A DNA stretch of 64,000 bases from an uncultured Candidatus Saccharibacteria bacterium (GTDB taxonomy: Bacteria; Patescibacteriota; Minisyncoccia; UBA6257; 2-01-FULL-56-20), in contig CAYHZA010000004.1 in NCBI GenBank assembly GCA_964361095.1, positions 2,236 to 66,235 of the forward strand, read 5' to 3'. The position numbers were made by a program, and so were the translations under genes. This document shows, piece by piece, positions 25,238 through 36,773 of the stretch; position 1 is the first letter of the stretch; every line of letters begins with the position of its first letter. Under the pieces are notes generated by a model that had not been told where the DNA came from, did not search any database, and was given only the letters and a program-made list of their open reading frames with translations.

Positions 25238-26889
25238 TATTTTAAGATTCTTCTTGTTTTTAAATACCAAAACGGGGTGGTGCGCAGATGATCCGCGGGT
25301 TCGTTAATCAGTTGACCGGGCACGCCTTTCAGATCTTTGTCGGTTATCAGAAGATAGTGCGGAGAATAAAGAAAAATAGCAGGGTAATCGCTTGCGATGA
25401 CGTCTTGGAATTCATAGAACTCTTTTTGTCTCGTTTCAAAATCAAAGTTTTGTCTGATTGTCTCAATAAGACGATCCGCTTCCTTATTACTATAAAGGCT
25501 TAAGTTGAGGCCGGGATAAAAACGTTCCGAGGAGTGCCAGAACGCGTAGGGCTCGAATCCGAGATTTAAAATATTTCCGAAGAGAAGTACCTGGTACTCT
25601 CGATTTTTAATGACCGGATCGGTGATTTGATCGAGGGGTAATTCCCGAAGCGTTGTTTGTACTCCAAGCTTTGTCCATTGGGTTTGGATAAGCCGTGCGG
25701 TTTCTTTAAGGAAAAAAACGTCCGGAACCGTTATGGATACGGCAAGTTCGACGGTTGCGCTTTTTATTTTCTTTTCGCGGATTCCGCTTGTATTGAGAAT
25801 CCACCCCTCATCGTCAAGGAGTTGATTCGCTAATACGATTGACGTTGACGCATTTTGAAGTTTTGGATTAAAGTAGGGCGAAATTGAGGGGAGGGGACCA
25901 TAAGCAACTTCCGCTTGTCCGGAAAATACTTTTTGTATGATCTCATTTTTATCTATTGCAAGGGTGAGCGCTTCACGAACCGATGCTTCTTTGAGCGCGA
26001 TATTCTGGCTTTGGTTCAAAAAGAGCGCGTAGTAATTCGGTAACGCGAACGAAGAGCTGGCGTAGGGACGTTTAATGCCATCTAAATCTTCCGGGTCAAC
26101 TCCGGGAAGACCATCAATACGCCCAAGGTTAAACGCTTGGATCAAGTCCTCTTTTTTTGAGAACAATTTTATGTTCAGGCGGTCAATGAAAGGACGCTCG
26201 CTAAAATATTTTGTGTTGGCCTTAAGGTGATAGTCCGTGATAAAGCCGTCGGATTTTATCTCGTATGATTCAAAGCGATAAGGTCCGCTCCCGATCGGTT
26301 TCAGGTTGAAATTTGAGATACGCCAGTTCGCGACGGGAATATCAAGGAACAAATGCCGAGGAAGGATATAGAGATTTTTAAGATAACCCTCGAAGAATGC
26401 ATAGGGCGTGCCTACATTGAATTGGAGTTCAAGTTCGCTTAATCGTTGCACCGCGACGCCTTGCCAATTTTCATGAAGGGGCGAAAGACTGTCAGGGTCT
26501 TGAATTTTCTGAATCGTAAAGGCGATATCATCGCTCGTGAGTTTTTGACCGTCGTGCCAAAAGAGATTTTCTTTGAGGCGGACCTTCCATGCGCGTCCTC
26601 CGTTTTCCGCTTCTATTTTTGAAGCGACGTCGCCGATATTGCTAAAGATAAGGCGTACGAGGGCCTTATCGATGTCGGTTTTCGCGATCACGGGATTAAT
26701 AAATGAAGGCTGATGGAGAAATCCTTCCGTGAAACTTCCGCCGTACCCGGGAACAACTTTTGTGCTCGTATTTACGATGGTCGCCGCAAGCAACGCGAAA
26801 CTTATCAGCGATCCAAGAGCTGCGACGAGAAAGATTGCTTGTTCGGTCCGATTCAGCGCCAAAAATATTTTTTTAAGCGTGGTGAACAT
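25237..26889 (-). CDS. ABC-transporter solute-binding protein, family 5 (orphan, N-terminal membrane anchor)
   Basis: 550 aa with an N-terminal TM helix and an SBP_bac_5-like size and composition. No permease or ATPase gene is adjacent. Confidence 0.55.
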   Translation of the reverse strand: MFTTLKKIFLALNRTEQAIFLVAALGSLISFALLAATIVNTSTKVVPGYGGSFTEGFLHQPSFINPVIAKTDIDKALVRLIFSNIGDVASKIEAENGGRAWKVRLKENLFWHDGQKLTSDDIAFTIQKIQDPDSLSPLHENWQGVAVQRLSELELQFNVGTPYAFFEGYLKNLYILPRHLFLDIPVANWRISNFNLKPIGSGPYRFESYEIKSDGFITDYHLKANTKYFSERPFIDRLNIKLFSKKEDLIQAFNLGRIDGLPGVDPEDLDGIKRPYASSSFALPNYYALFLNQSQNIALKEASVREALTLAIDKNEIIQKVFSGQAEVAYGPLPSISPYFNPKLQNASTSIVLANQLLDDEGWILNTSGIREKKIKSATVELAVSITVPDVFFLKETARLIQTQWTKLGVQTTLRELPLDQITDPVIKNREYQVLLFGNILNLGFEPYAFWHSSERFYPGLNLSLYSNKEADRLIETIRQNFDFETRQKEFYEFQDVIASDYPAIFLYSPHYLLITDKDLKGVPGQLINEPADHLRTTPFWYLKTRRILK

Positions 26890-26965
26890 ACGTACGTTGG
26901 TAAAAACTTATGAAGGAAAGAGAACTTCTTTTCGGAGCGTAGCCTTTCGCTCAAACTTTGGGTTC

Positions 26966-27178
26966 TTAGACGACGAGCTGGAAGATGGCTAATCCAACAA
27001 AGATAAGCGCGAGCACGATTGTGCCTCCGAAGATAAGCTTCTCGAGCCCCCTGCGGGTTTGATAGAATCCGCCGCTTTCGCCGCCAAAAATACCGGAAAG
27101 CCCCGCGGAGCGTTCCTGGAGTAATATCAGAATAATAAGAGCGATTGCGGTTATGATTTGGAGGATTGCGATAATCAT
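26966..27178 (-). CDS. secG: preprotein translocase subunit SecG
   Basis: 70 aa with two TM helices and a Gly-rich GIFGGESGGF linker. Confidence 0.8.
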   Translation of the reverse strand: MIIAILQIITAIALIILILLQERSAGLSGIFGGESGGFYQTRRGLEKLIFGGTIVLALIFVGLAIFQLVV

Positions 27179-27531
27179 TTACTTTTTACGATAAGATGCA
27201 CAATAAGATTTGTAATGCCGATTATGAGTGTTCCATATATCAACGTTGGAATACCTTGAATGGTAATGTTTTTTGAAAGTGTGTCAAGAATAAAGAGGAC
27301 AAGAGCGTTTACGATGACGATTCCAATGCCGAAGGTGAGGAGAATAATCGGCCCGAGCATAAGCTTTAAGATCGGGCGAATGATGAGATTCAAAAGAGCG
27401 AGGATGAACGCAAGAAGCAAGAGACGGTACCAATCTCCCTGGAGCTCGAATCCCGGAATAAACCGATTCGCGATAAAAAGGCCGAGAGCATTGCCGAGAA
27501 TACTTGCGATGATTTTTATAAAAAACTTCAT
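27175..27531 (-). CDS. YvlD/DUF360-family membrane protein
   Basis: 118 aa with 4 TM helices and NALGLFIANRFIPGF...LNLIIRPIL, similar to B. subtilis YvlD. Confidence 0.6.
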   Translation of the reverse strand: MKFFIKIIASILGNALGLFIANRFIPGFELQGDWYRLLLLAFILALLNLIIRPILKLMLGPIILLTFGIGIVIVNALVLFILDTLSKNITIQGIPTLIYGTLIIGITNLIVHLIVKSK

Positions 27532-27590
27532 CTCTCTATAACACAGTATACCACGCCAAAGATTTTGTTACTCGGTTTTTTAGATGAACG

Positions 27591-29126
27591 TTACAAAAGA
27601 TCGCGCAAAAGATTTCGCCCCGTCATTTCTTTCGGAACGGGAATTTCCATGAGGGTGAGTATCGTTGGCGCGATATCGGCGAGGATGCCGATCGGTTGTC
27701 GGATGTTGTTTTGATTGTAGAATTTTTTATTTTTAAATTCAGGAGCGATAACGTGAAAAGGAACGGGGTTTGGATCGTGCTGGGTTTCGGAGCTTCCCGT
27801 CATTGGATTCAGCAGCTCTTCGGCGTTCCCGTGGTCAGAGGTGATGACGAGTATGGTTTCCGTATTTTCAATACCTTTTATGATTCTTCCGATTTCTTTG
27901 TCGATAGCCTTTACCGCTTCTATGGTGGCATCATAGTTTCCGGTATGCGCGATGGTGTCGGGATTGGCGTAATTTGCGAGAATAAAATCGAATGACTGAT
28001 TTTCAATTGCCTGTAGGATACGGTCGGTGATTGCGGGTGCCATCATCTGCGGGTGCTCATATACCTTAGGAGTGCTTAACGAGGGGATCAACACGCGGTA
28101 TTCATTTTTAAATGGGGGTTCTTCATAGCCGTTGAAAAAGTAGGTGACATGCGCGTATTTGTAACTTTCAGCGACACGCAGTTGGGTTTTGCCCGCTTCG
28201 CTTACGACGCGTCCAAGGGGCTGCACCACCTTTTCGGGGGGATAGGCCACCGGAACCGTGAAGCGGTCCTCGTAGTGGGTCATGGTGGCAATATAAACAT
28301 TCGTAAGTTTTTTCGTTGGAAACTTGTCGAACGAAGGTACGATAAACGCTTCGGCGAGCTGTCGAATGCTGTCTTCACGAAAATTGAAAAAAAGAATTGA
28401 TTCGTTATCGCGAACAACCCCTTCTTTCATAAAGCGGACTGGCGGAAGAAATTCTTCGGTGGTGCCTTGTTTGTAGTGCGCCTCAATGATCGCCGGAAGT
28501 TCCGTGATATTTTGGGTACGTATTTCTCCTTCGTTCGTGATCGCCTCATACGCTTTTTGAGTGAGTGACCAATTTCCTTCCCGATCCATCGCATAGTAGC
28601 GACCGACGAGTGTCGCGATCTTTTCTTTCGGAATTGCCCGTAGAAATGACTCAAGGGTTTGAGGGGGACTATCTTTGCCGTCGCTGAAGAGATGGAGTTT
28701 TACGGGAACTTGTTCCTTCTCTCCCATGTTTATTAATGCCTCAAGGTGTTCCAGTGAAGCATGTACGTTTCCCTTGCTTAAAAGACCCAGAAGATTTACT
28801 GCTGACGAATTCTTTTTCGCGTGAAGGAACGCGTCTTTTATCGCTTTATTCTCAAAGAATGTGCCGTCTCGCACGGCGAGCGTGAGACGCGGAAAATATT
28901 GATAGAGAACCTTTCCCGCTCCTATGGTGAGGTGCCCTACTTCGCTGTTTCCGACTTCTCCCCAAGGAAGGCCGACGCTGATTCCGGAGGCCTGCAGGCT
29001 TGTTGCAGGGTAGTTCTCTTTAAGAAATTGGAAGTTTTCGGGTTTTACGACATAGAGGGGATTTGATTCGTCATCGCGACCTATTCCCCAGCCGTCCAAT
29101 ATCAACAAAACAAGAGTTTTTTTCAT
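27591..29126 (-). CDS. gpmI: 2,3-bisphosphoglycerate-independent phosphoglycerate mutase
   Basis: ILDGWGIG...SDHGNAEE and full-length iPGM at 511 aa. Confidence 0.9.
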   Translation of the reverse strand: MKKTLVLLILDGWGIGRDDESNPLYVVKPENFQFLKENYPATSLQASGISVGLPWGEVGNSEVGHLTIGAGKVLYQYFPRLTLAVRDGTFFENKAIKDAFLHAKKNSSAVNLLGLLSKGNVHASLEHLEALINMGEKEQVPVKLHLFSDGKDSPPQTLESFLRAIPKEKIATLVGRYYAMDREGNWSLTQKAYEAITNEGEIRTQNITELPAIIEAHYKQGTTEEFLPPVRFMKEGVVRDNESILFFNFREDSIRQLAEAFIVPSFDKFPTKKLTNVYIATMTHYEDRFTVPVAYPPEKVVQPLGRVVSEAGKTQLRVAESYKYAHVTYFFNGYEEPPFKNEYRVLIPSLSTPKVYEHPQMMAPAITDRILQAIENQSFDFILANYANPDTIAHTGNYDATIEAVKAIDKEIGRIIKGIENTETILVITSDHGNAEELLNPMTGSSETQHDPNPVPFHVIAPEFKNKKFYNQNNIRQPIGILADIAPTILTLMEIPVPKEMTGRNLLRDLL

Positions 29127-29347
29127 ATATTCTTTATTTTACGTGATTTTCCTGTATTTGACACGTTTTCCCCGTTTACTCCACGAGAAGAGGGCAAGTA
29201 TGGCAAGACGAACAGTGTCGAGCTTGAATTGACTGGATCGATTTTTTGAGCTATCATAGTAGGCGAAAGAGTCAATTAAAAACAAAGGACCACATTCCTA
29301 GAAAATTCACTTTTCTTAACTAATGAAGAATTTAGGAATCAAAAACT

Positions 29348-30871
29348 ATGGCATTTGGAATTACGTGGCTTGTAGGCGGCGCTGTTTTGGGATTTGCGCT
29401 CGGGTATTTTGCGCGCAGGTATCTTCTCGGCTCGCACGCTAGCTCGGTTGAGCAAAAAATTAAATTACAGCTTGAGGAAGCAGAGCGAAAAGCAAAAGAA
29501 ATTATTCTCGAAGGAGAGAAGAAAGGGACGGAGCTTTTGACCGAGATAACCCAGCAAGGAAAAGAACGCCAGGCTCAACTTGCTCATTTAGAAAGTCGTG
29601 TGTTGGCTCGGGAAGATGCTCTCGACAAACGATTTAACGCCGTAAGCGAAGAGGAGGCATCATTTAAAGTGAAGGTGGAAGAGGTGAAACACAAAGAAGA
29701 AGAGCTCCAGGCGGCGCGTGAGGATATAGAAGGACGGCTTGAAAAAGTAAGCGGACTTACGCGCGATGCGGCTCGTGGTGAACTTTTTCACCAGATTCGA
29801 GAAACATATCGTGAAGATTTGGCCGCAACGCTCCAAAAACTAAATCAAGAACGGCGTGATGAGATAGAAAAAAAATCAGTTGAAATTTTAGCCACGGCTC
29901 TTCAGCGGTATGCGCGTTCGCATGTTTCGGAAATGACCACGACGGCTTTTCCTCTTAACGATGAGGAGCTTAAAGGAAAGATCATAGGTCGCGAGGGACG
30001 GAACATCAGAGCGCTTGAGCGCGCGACTGGCGTTGAATTTGTAATCGACGAAACTCCCGACAGTATCGTGATTTCTTCATTCGATCCTTACCGTCGCGAA
30101 GTAGCTCGAATGGCGCTTGAAAAACTTATCAAAGATGGCCGCATTCAACCCGCAAAGATCGAAGAGAAAGTCGAAGAGGCTCGACAAGAACTCAATAAGC
30201 GTATTTATGAAGTTGGCGAAGCGGCCGCTATGGAAATAGGAGTGTATGATCTTCCTAAAGAAATCATCCAACTTCTTGGACGTCTTCATTTCCGCACAAG
30301 TTATGGGCAGAATGTTTTGACGCACTCCTTGGAAATGGCTCACCTTGCCGGAATGCTTGCCGCGGAACTTGGGTTGAACGTTGACGTTGCAAAACGCGGC
30401 GCGCTTCTTCATGACATCGGGAAAGCCATCGACCATGAGGTTGAGGGAACTCACGTTGATTTGGGGATGAAGATTTTGAAGAAATATGGCGTAAACGAAG
30501 CAGTTATCCAGGCAATGCAGTCGCATCACGAGGATTATCCCTACGCGACTTCTGAGGCATATGTGATAACCGCGGTTGACGTGCTCTCCGCCGGACGCCC
30601 GGGAGCACGCCGCGGAACGCTTGAAAACTACATTAAACGATTGGGAGACCTGGAGAAGATCGCGAAAGAATTTCCGGGAGTAAAGAACGCCTATGCCATA
30701 TCTGCCGGCCGGGAATTACGGATATTCGTTCTTCCCGAAAAGATCGATGATTTCGGAGCCCTTGAAATGGCGCGCGAAGTTGCGAATCGGATACAGTCCG
30801 AGTTAAAATATCCCGGTGAGATCAAGGTGAACGTTATTCGAGAGATGCGCGCGGTAGAGTATGCCCGGTAA
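29348..30871 (+). CDS. rny: ribonuclease Y
   Basis: N-terminal TM helix, coiled coil, KH domain (IIGREGRNIRALERATGVEF) and HD domain (HSLEMAHLAGMLAAELG...LLHDIGK). Confidence 0.9.
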   Translation: MAFGITWLVGGAVLGFALGYFARRYLLGSHASSVEQKIKLQLEEAERKAKEIILEGEKKGTELLTEITQQGKERQAQLAHLESRVLAREDALDKRFNAVSEEEASFKVKVEEVKHKEEELQAAREDIEGRLEKVSGLTRDAARGELFHQIRETYREDLAATLQKLNQERRDEIEKKSVEILATALQRYARSHVSEMTTTAFPLNDEELKGKIIGREGRNIRALERATGVEFVIDETPDSIVISSFDPYRREVARMALEKLIKDGRIQPAKIEEKVEEARQELNKRIYEVGEAAAMEIGVYDLPKEIIQLLGRLHFRTSYGQNVLTHSLEMAHLAGMLAAELGLNVDVAKRGALLHDIGKAIDHEVEGTHVDLGMKILKKYGVNEAVIQAMQSHHEDYPYATSEAYVITAVDVLSAGRPGARRGTLENYIKRLGDLEKIAKEFPGVKNAYAISAGRELRIFVLPEKIDDFGALEMAREVANRIQSELKYPGEIKVNVIREMRAVEYAR

Positions 30872-30925
30872 AAGTTTCGGCGCGCTCTAGAGATTCGATT
30901 TCGAACAATACTTTGTATAATTCCC

Positions 30926-32458
30926 ATGCTTCTTAAGCTGTCAAAATATTCTTTATACCTTCCGCTTTTGAGTGTTGTCGTCGTCGCGACTTCGACATTT
31001 TTCCCTTTTATAGGCGGCAAGTATTATTTTTTCCGCGTTACCGTTGAGCTTGCGCTCATTTTCTTTATTCTATGGTGGGCGTTTGAAGCGCGTGAAGGCG
31101 AAGTGGAACGGTTGGTGCGAGGAGTAGCTGCGCGGCCGTTGTTTCTTGCCGTATCGCTCTTTGTCCTCGTATTTTTGCTCGCCTCGGTTTTTGCTTATGA
31201 CGCGAACGGAGCATTCTGGTCAAGTTTTGAACGAGGCGAGGGCGGTTTTCAGATGCTCCATTATTATATTTTCTTCTTTCTTTTAATGGCTCTTTTTCGC
31301 GAATGGAAAGAGTGGAAAATCGCCTTTTGGGTTTCGATTGTTGCGGCGTTGCTTATGATCGCGTATGGTCTCTTTGCTTATATTCAACTTACTCCATGGG
31401 GACATGGTATTTTTTGCAATACAGTTACCCTTGATGGCACTCCGCGAGAGCGATGTGTTGGTTTTATCACGCCGTATTCTTCCGGTGATCCGGCAAAAAT
31501 TCCTGGAACTCTTTGGGGGCTTTTATCCAAAGAACGTTTTCAGGGAGCGCTTGGGAATCCGGCATATGTTGCTCCTTATCTTATGTTCATACTTTTTTAT
31601 GTCGGGTATCTTTGGATTAAGGGTTCATGGAAGAAGGAGTGGATCAAGCATTCTATTTTCGCCCTCCTCGCGCTCGTATTTTTACTTTTCTTTGTTTTAA
31701 GCCAGACGCGAGGAGCGTTTCTTGGTCTTGTTGCCGCCTTTGGAATTTTTTTGATATATTTCTCGATTTTTTCAAAAAAGTACAGGAAATATACTATTGG
31801 ATTCATTGTTTTTTGTGTGGTGATTGGGGGATTATTACTCAATCATGGTTATCGCAAAATTCTTCCCGGATCACTCGCTCGGCCTGTCGATGGGTTTTTG
31901 GAGAGTCCCTTGGGAAGTCCGCTGAATCGTTTTTTAGATCTTGGTTTTTCCGAAGCTACCGCCAGAACTCGTTTTTGGACTTGGAATTCCGCATGGCAAG
32001 GATTTAAGGATAGGCCTATCTTAGGATGGGGACCGGAAAATTTCAGTACCGTTTTTGACCGGCATTTTGATCCACGCCACTTCGTTCCCGGCCAAAATTC
32101 GGAAACATGGTTTGATCGGGCTCATAGTGTTATTTTTGACTATTTGTCCGAGACGGGGCTTCTAGGACTCTTGAGCTATCTTTCCGTTTTTGTAATTTTT
32201 TACTGGCAATTTTTCCGCAGCGTTTCTCTTCGCACCATTCGAGGGAACCATGACCGTGAGAATCATGCGCATAGACATGAAATAATACTCATGGGGCTGG
32301 TTTTCGTCATGCCGGTCGCGTATCTCGTCCAAGGACTTTTTCTTTTTGACGTTCTTCCGATTTACCTCAACCTCTTTTTCTTCCTTGCTTTCGCTGATTA
32401 TCTTTTTTCCCAACATCATAATACAGGAAGTCGAACCTTGAATTCTCATATATCATGA
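30926..32458 (+). CDS. O-antigen ligase / Wzy-like polymerase family membrane protein
   Basis: About 12 TM helices and an LSQTRGAFLGLVAAFG Wzy_C-type motif. Confidence 0.6.
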   Translation: MLLKLSKYSLYLPLLSVVVVATSTFFPFIGGKYYFFRVTVELALIFFILWWAFEAREGEVERLVRGVAARPLFLAVSLFVLVFLLASVFAYDANGAFWSSFERGEGGFQMLHYYIFFFLLMALFREWKEWKIAFWVSIVAALLMIAYGLFAYIQLTPWGHGIFCNTVTLDGTPRERCVGFITPYSSGDPAKIPGTLWGLLSKERFQGALGNPAYVAPYLMFILFYVGYLWIKGSWKKEWIKHSIFALLALVFLLFFVLSQTRGAFLGLVAAFGIFLIYFSIFSKKYRKYTIGFIVFCVVIGGLLLNHGYRKILPGSLARPVDGFLESPLGSPLNRFLDLGFSEATARTRFWTWNSAWQGFKDRPILGWGPENFSTVFDRHFDPRHFVPGQNSETWFDRAHSVIFDYLSETGLLGLLSYLSVFVIFYWQFFRSVSLRTIRGNHDRENHAHRHEIILMGLVFVMPVAYLVQGLFLFDVLPIYLNLFFFLAFADYLFSQHHNTGSRTLNSHIS

Positions 32459-33144
32459 CGCTGCGCACTATCAAACAAATTATTGCCGCAGTGCTTGTTT
32501 CGATGATTTTAGGGATTGCCTATTATGGCTCATATCTTCCCCTTAGAAAATCACAGGCGTTTATTGTCGCTCTTCGAAGTCCGGGTCCCGTTGCTACGTT
32601 TGATGATTTTAAGAAAGTTTTTTCGGTTCCGCTTGATGCTCCATCGCCGATCGGTCAAGAAGAGTTGGTGCGGAATTTCGCAAATAATATTGTGAATGTC
32701 GTAAACCAACAAGGGACCAATCCAAAACTGACCGAAGAGGCCATCCAGCACCTTGATTCGTATTTTACCCCTATTCTCGAGAGGGGACGCGGATTAAGTT
32801 TTGCCCAAAATTTATATATCCTTGGGGCGTTAAATGAACTTGCTCTTTTTAAAACGCGCGATGTAAAAAATGGCCAGATACAGTTGCGATATCTTGTTGC
32901 CGCAAAAAATTATTTTTCTCAAGGTTTTGCCCTGGGTCCGAAGAGGCCACAATTTCTTTATGGTATGTTCGATGTAACAAGGGCGGAATATGATATCCTA
33001 CGCGCTCAAGGTCAAAAACAGGAAGCTGAGGCAAAAAAACAAGAAGCAGTAAAAATTGGAAAACAGATTTTGAATCAGTGGCCTACGGACGAAAAAACGC
33101 AAAAGGCACTTACGGAATTTTTGAATCATACTTTGACTAAATAG
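32455..33144 (+). CDS. hypothetical membrane-anchored protein
   Basis: 229 aa with one N-terminal TM helix. No recognisable motifs. Confidence 0.5.
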   Translation: MTLRTIKQIIAAVLVSMILGIAYYGSYLPLRKSQAFIVALRSPGPVATFDDFKKVFSVPLDAPSPIGQEELVRNFANNIVNVVNQQGTNPKLTEEAIQHLDSYFTPILERGRGLSFAQNLYILGALNELALFKTRDVKNGQIQLRYLVAAKNYFSQGFALGPKRPQFLYGMFDVTRAEYDILRAQGQKQEAEAKKQEAVKIGKQILNQWPTDEKTQKALTEFLNHTLTK

Positions 33145-33167
33145 TCATAGCGTGGTATTAACATTGG

Positions 33168-34175
33168 ATGAAGAAAGCCCTTATTTTTGGAGTGACCGGC
33201 CAGGATGGAAGCTATCTTATGGAACTTCTTTTGGCGAAGGGGTATGAAGCTCATGGCGTGATTCGCCGAGCATCAACGTTTAATACCGGCCGAATCGATC
33301 ATCTCTATAATGACCCGCACGTGAACGATGCCGGGGCGCCGCGCATGCATCTTCACCATGGCGACTTGGCAGATGCGAGTACGATAAGAAAATTAATTTA
33401 TAAAATCGGTCCGGATGAAATATATAATCTTGGGGCACAGTCGCACGTTCGGGTTTCTTTTGATATTCCGGAATATACGGCGAATATTGTCGGATTAGGA
33501 GCGTTGCGTCTTCTTGAAGCTATTAAAGATTATGAAGAACAGATGGGGAAAAAGATTAAATTTTACCAGGCTTCGAGTTCGGAGATGTTTGGCGGGGCTC
33601 CTCCTCCCCAGAACGAGGAAACAAAATTTTATCCCCGTAGTCCTTATGGAATCGCGAAGGTTTTCGCATATAACACAACGCGAAATTATCGGGAGGCCTA
33701 TGGAATTTTTGCATCCAACGGAATTTTATTTAACCACGAGTCTGAACGGCGCGGAGAAACGTTCGTGACGCGGAAAATAACGCGCGGTATCGCTCGCATT
33801 AAGGCCGGTTTGGATAAAAAAATATACCTCGGGAATCTCGATGCTCGGCGTGATTGGGGGTATGCCCCGGAATACGTTGAGGCGATGTGGCGTATGTTGC
33901 AACAGCCCGAACCGGACGATTACGTCATCGGTACAGGGGAGTCGCACACGATCCGTGAGTTCGTAGAACTCGCGTTTCGTCATGCGGGTTTGCCGGATTG
34001 GGAAAAGTATATCGGTATTGATCCGCGTTACTATCGCCCAACCGAGGTGGAGCATTTAGTGGCCGATTGCACGAAAGCGAAAACAAAAATAGGATGGGAG
34101 CCTAAAACAAAATTCAATGACCTCGTGAAAATCATGCTCGAGGCGGATTTAAAGGCTCATGGATTTAAAAACTAA
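33168..34175 (+). CDS. gmd: GDP-mannose 4,6-dehydratase
   Basis: [46 protein letters not shown] and full-length GMD. Confidence 0.9.
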   Translation: MKKALIFGVTGQDGSYLMELLLAKGYEAHGVIRRASTFNTGRIDHLYNDPHVNDAGAPRMHLHHGDLADASTIRKLIYKIGPDEIYNLGAQSHVRVSFDIPEYTANIVGLGALRLLEAIKDYEEQMGKKIKFYQASSSEMFGGAPPPQNEETKFYPRSPYGIAKVFAYNTTRNYREAYGIFASNGILFNHESERRGETFVTRKITRGIARIKAGLDKKIYLGNLDARRDWGYAPEYVEAMWRMLQQPEPDDYVIGTGESHTIREFVELAFRHAGLPDWEKYIGIDPRYYRPTEVEHLVADCTKAKTKIGWEPKTKFNDLVKIMLEADLKAHGFKN

Positions 34176-35106
34176 AAAAATTCTCGTAACCGGCGGACAT
34201 GGTTTTTTGGGTAGGCATTTAGTGCGCCGATTATCTGAGATTAATGAGGTTTCTGAATCCCAACTTTTTATTCCTGATGCTCAAGAATGTGACCTGCGAA
34301 GATGGGAAAACTGCGTTCGAGTTGTTAAGGGAATTGACGTAGTGATTCATTTAGCAGGAAAAGTGGGGGGTATCGGTTTTAACGAAGAAAAGCCTGCCGA
34401 GCTTTTTTACGACAATATTGTTATGGGTGTTCAATTGATGGAGGCGGCACGCCAAGCGAACGTCCAAAAATTTGTTGCACTTGGAACGATTTGTTCGTAT
34501 CCTAAGCTTACCCCTGCGCCCTTTAAGGAAGATGATATTTGGAACGGTTATCCCGAAGAGACAAATGCTCCCTATGGTCTTGCTAAAAAGATGCTCTTGG
34601 TGCAAGCACAGGCGTATCGTTCGCAGTATGGGTTCAACGCCATTACCATCTTTCCCGTTAATATGTATGGCCCGGAAGATAATTTTGACTTGGCAAGTTC
34701 CCATGTTATTCCGGCGATTATCCGTAAGGTTGCGGAAGCCAAGGATCAAAATCAAAAATCCATCAGCGTATGGGGAACGGGAGAGCCAACTCGTGAGTTT
34801 ATCTACGTAGAGGATGCCGCGCGGGGAATTATTTTAGCTACGGAGTCTTATGATAAACCGGAACCGGTTAATCTTGGATCGGGCGTCGAGATTTCTATTA
34901 AAAATTTGGTGCATCTTATCTGTGAACTTATGGAATTTCGCGGTGAGGTTGTATGGGACAATTTACGGCCAGACGGTCAGCCCAGGAGGCTTCTTGATGT
35001 GACGAGGGCTGAAAAAGAATTTGGTTTTCGGGCAGAAATGGATTTCAAAGAAGGTCTAAAGAAAACAATTGGATGGTGGGTCGATCAACACCTTAAAAAA
35101 CATTAA
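34159..35106 (+). CDS. fcl: GDP-L-fucose synthase
   Basis: [26 protein letters not shown] and a C-terminal ...[20 protein letters not shown] match GDP-4-keto-6-deoxymannose epimerase/reductase. Confidence 0.8.
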   Translation: MDLKTKKILVTGGHGFLGRHLVRRLSEINEVSESQLFIPDAQECDLRRWENCVRVVKGIDVVIHLAGKVGGIGFNEEKPAELFYDNIVMGVQLMEAARQANVQKFVALGTICSYPKLTPAPFKEDDIWNGYPEETNAPYGLAKKMLLVQAQAYRSQYGFNAITIFPVNMYGPEDNFDLASSHVIPAIIRKVAEAKDQNQKSISVWGTGEPTREFIYVEDAARGIILATESYDKPEPVNLGSGVEISIKNLVHLICELMEFRGEVVWDNLRPDGQPRRLLDVTRAEKEFGFRAEMDFKEGLKKTIGWWVDQHLKKH

Positions 35107-35124
35107 TCATTATTTATAACTATT

Positions 35125-35814
35125 ATGTCGCAGAAAGTGTATCCCGAATGGAGCCTCGTAGGATTTGCCGATGATGAATTGACGGCTCAGCAAATTAAAA
35201 AAATCATTGATACGCATGGCGTTCGCAATGTTGTTGAAACGGGAATTTTTGAGGGGAAAACAACGAATCGTTTCCGATTGATGGGAGTTAACGTCATCGG
35301 TGTTGAGATCAATCCGGAATATGCAGAGAACTCTAAGACTCTCATTGAGCGCGAAGGAGGTAACGTTGAGATAATAAAAAAATTCTGGGAGACGAACGAA
35401 AAGACACTTCTTGATTCGTCGGTCGTAAAAATCATATTAGGAAATAGCCCGGATGTTATGAAGACGGTCGCTCCCATCCTTCAGAAAAACGGTCTTACGC
35501 TTTATTTTCTCGATGCGCATTGGGGGGATTATTGGCCGATTCGCGACGAGATAGCGGTGCTCCAAAACTATGATAATCTTATTATTATAGCGGATGATTT
35601 TAAGGTGCCCGGAAAGGATTGGGGCTATGTTTCTTATAAAGGAAAGGATTTAGATTGGCATTATATTGAAGATGTTGTAAATGGTTTTAAGAAAAAATAC
35701 CGCTACTTTTATTCCCGAGAATTGAGCGAAAAGAGCGCATTGCACGGCAAGATTTATATTTTTATTGGGCCTATTGCCGATACGCTCGAGAATTTCGACG
35801 GCGAGGGCGAATAG
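35125..35814 (+). CDS. putative class I SAM-dependent (sugar O-)methyltransferase, CmcI/TylF-like
   Basis: VVETGIFEGKTT...VIGVEINPEY resembles the TylF/CmcI fold. Confidence 0.4.
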   Translation: MSQKVYPEWSLVGFADDELTAQQIKKIIDTHGVRNVVETGIFEGKTTNRFRLMGVNVIGVEINPEYAENSKTLIEREGGNVEIIKKFWETNEKTLLDSSVVKIILGNSPDVMKTVAPILQKNGLTLYFLDAHWGDYWPIRDEIAVLQNYDNLIIIADDFKVPGKDWGYVSYKGKDLDWHYIEDVVNGFKKKYRYFYSRELSEKSALHGKIYIFIGPIADTLENFDGEGE

Positions 35815-35822
35815 CGGCAATT

Positions 35823-36770
35823 ATGTTTGGCAACCATACAAAAATCTTGGTCGTAGGTGAAACTGGATTTTTGGGAAAACGCCTTGTAAAACGTCTTGCC
35901 AGAGATGGTTACACGTACGTAGTTGGGTCTTTGGATACCGGCTTGGACCTTCGGGATGCGTATGCCGTTGAGGCATTTTTTAAGAAGGAAAAACCGGAAG
36001 TCATTATGAATTGCGCCGCGTATGTGGGCGGTATTAAATTTAACGCAGAACATGAAGGAGAGATTTTTTATAACAATACGCTCTTGAACCTCAATTTGCA
36101 GGAGGCGGCTCGGAAATATGGGGTGCGCAAACTTATTAATCCGATTGCAAATTGTTCTTATCCCGATGTAGCACAGAAAGACTTTAAGGAATATGAATGG
36201 TGGGATGGACCTCTGCATCCCTCGGTGATGGTATATGGGTTTACCAAGAAGGCGACTTGGGTGAATGCATATGCCTATTTTAGGCAGTATGGCATACAAT
36301 CAACCCACCTTTTAATTCCAAATATGTATGGCCCCGAAGATCACTTTGATGAAGTGCGCTCACATGCGATGGGAGCTCTGATTATGAAAATTATCAAAGC
36401 GAAAGAAAAAGGTGAACCTCATATTGATGTATGGGGGAGCGGGAGTCCGGTGCGCGAGTGGCTCTACATTGATGATTGCGTGGATGCTTTTGTAAGGATT
36501 TTGAACATTGATACCGGTATCGAGCCGTTGAATATTGGGCAGGGAATTGGGATATCCATCAAAGAAATGGCAGAGAAGATATGTTACGTTGTCGGTTACG
36601 AAGGGAAGCTTGTGTTTGACGCTACTCGGCCCGATGGTGCCGCATATAAAGTTATGAATATCGAGAGAATGAAAAAAATTTTGAATTGGATGCCGCCTAC
36701 TTCTCTTGACCAAGGTATTCGCGAGACCGTTGCGTGGTATTACGACAACGTCGTGCATAAGGCACAATAA
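35823..36770 (+). CDS. NAD-dependent epimerase/reductase, Fcl-like paralog
   Basis: KILVVGETGFLGKRLVKRL and an extended-SDR architecture related to the gene at 34159-35106. Confidence 0.7.
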   Translation: MFGNHTKILVVGETGFLGKRLVKRLARDGYTYVVGSLDTGLDLRDAYAVEAFFKKEKPEVIMNCAAYVGGIKFNAEHEGEIFYNNTLLNLNLQEAARKYGVRKLINPIANCSYPDVAQKDFKEYEWWDGPLHPSVMVYGFTKKATWVNAYAYFRQYGIQSTHLLIPNMYGPEDHFDEVRSHAMGALIMKIIKAKEKGEPHIDVWGSGSPVREWLYIDDCVDAFVRILNIDTGIEPLNIGQGIGISIKEMAEKICYVVGYEGKLVFDATRPDGAAYKVMNIERMKKILNWMPPTSLDQGIRETVAWYYDNVVHKAQ

Positions 36771-36773
36771 ACT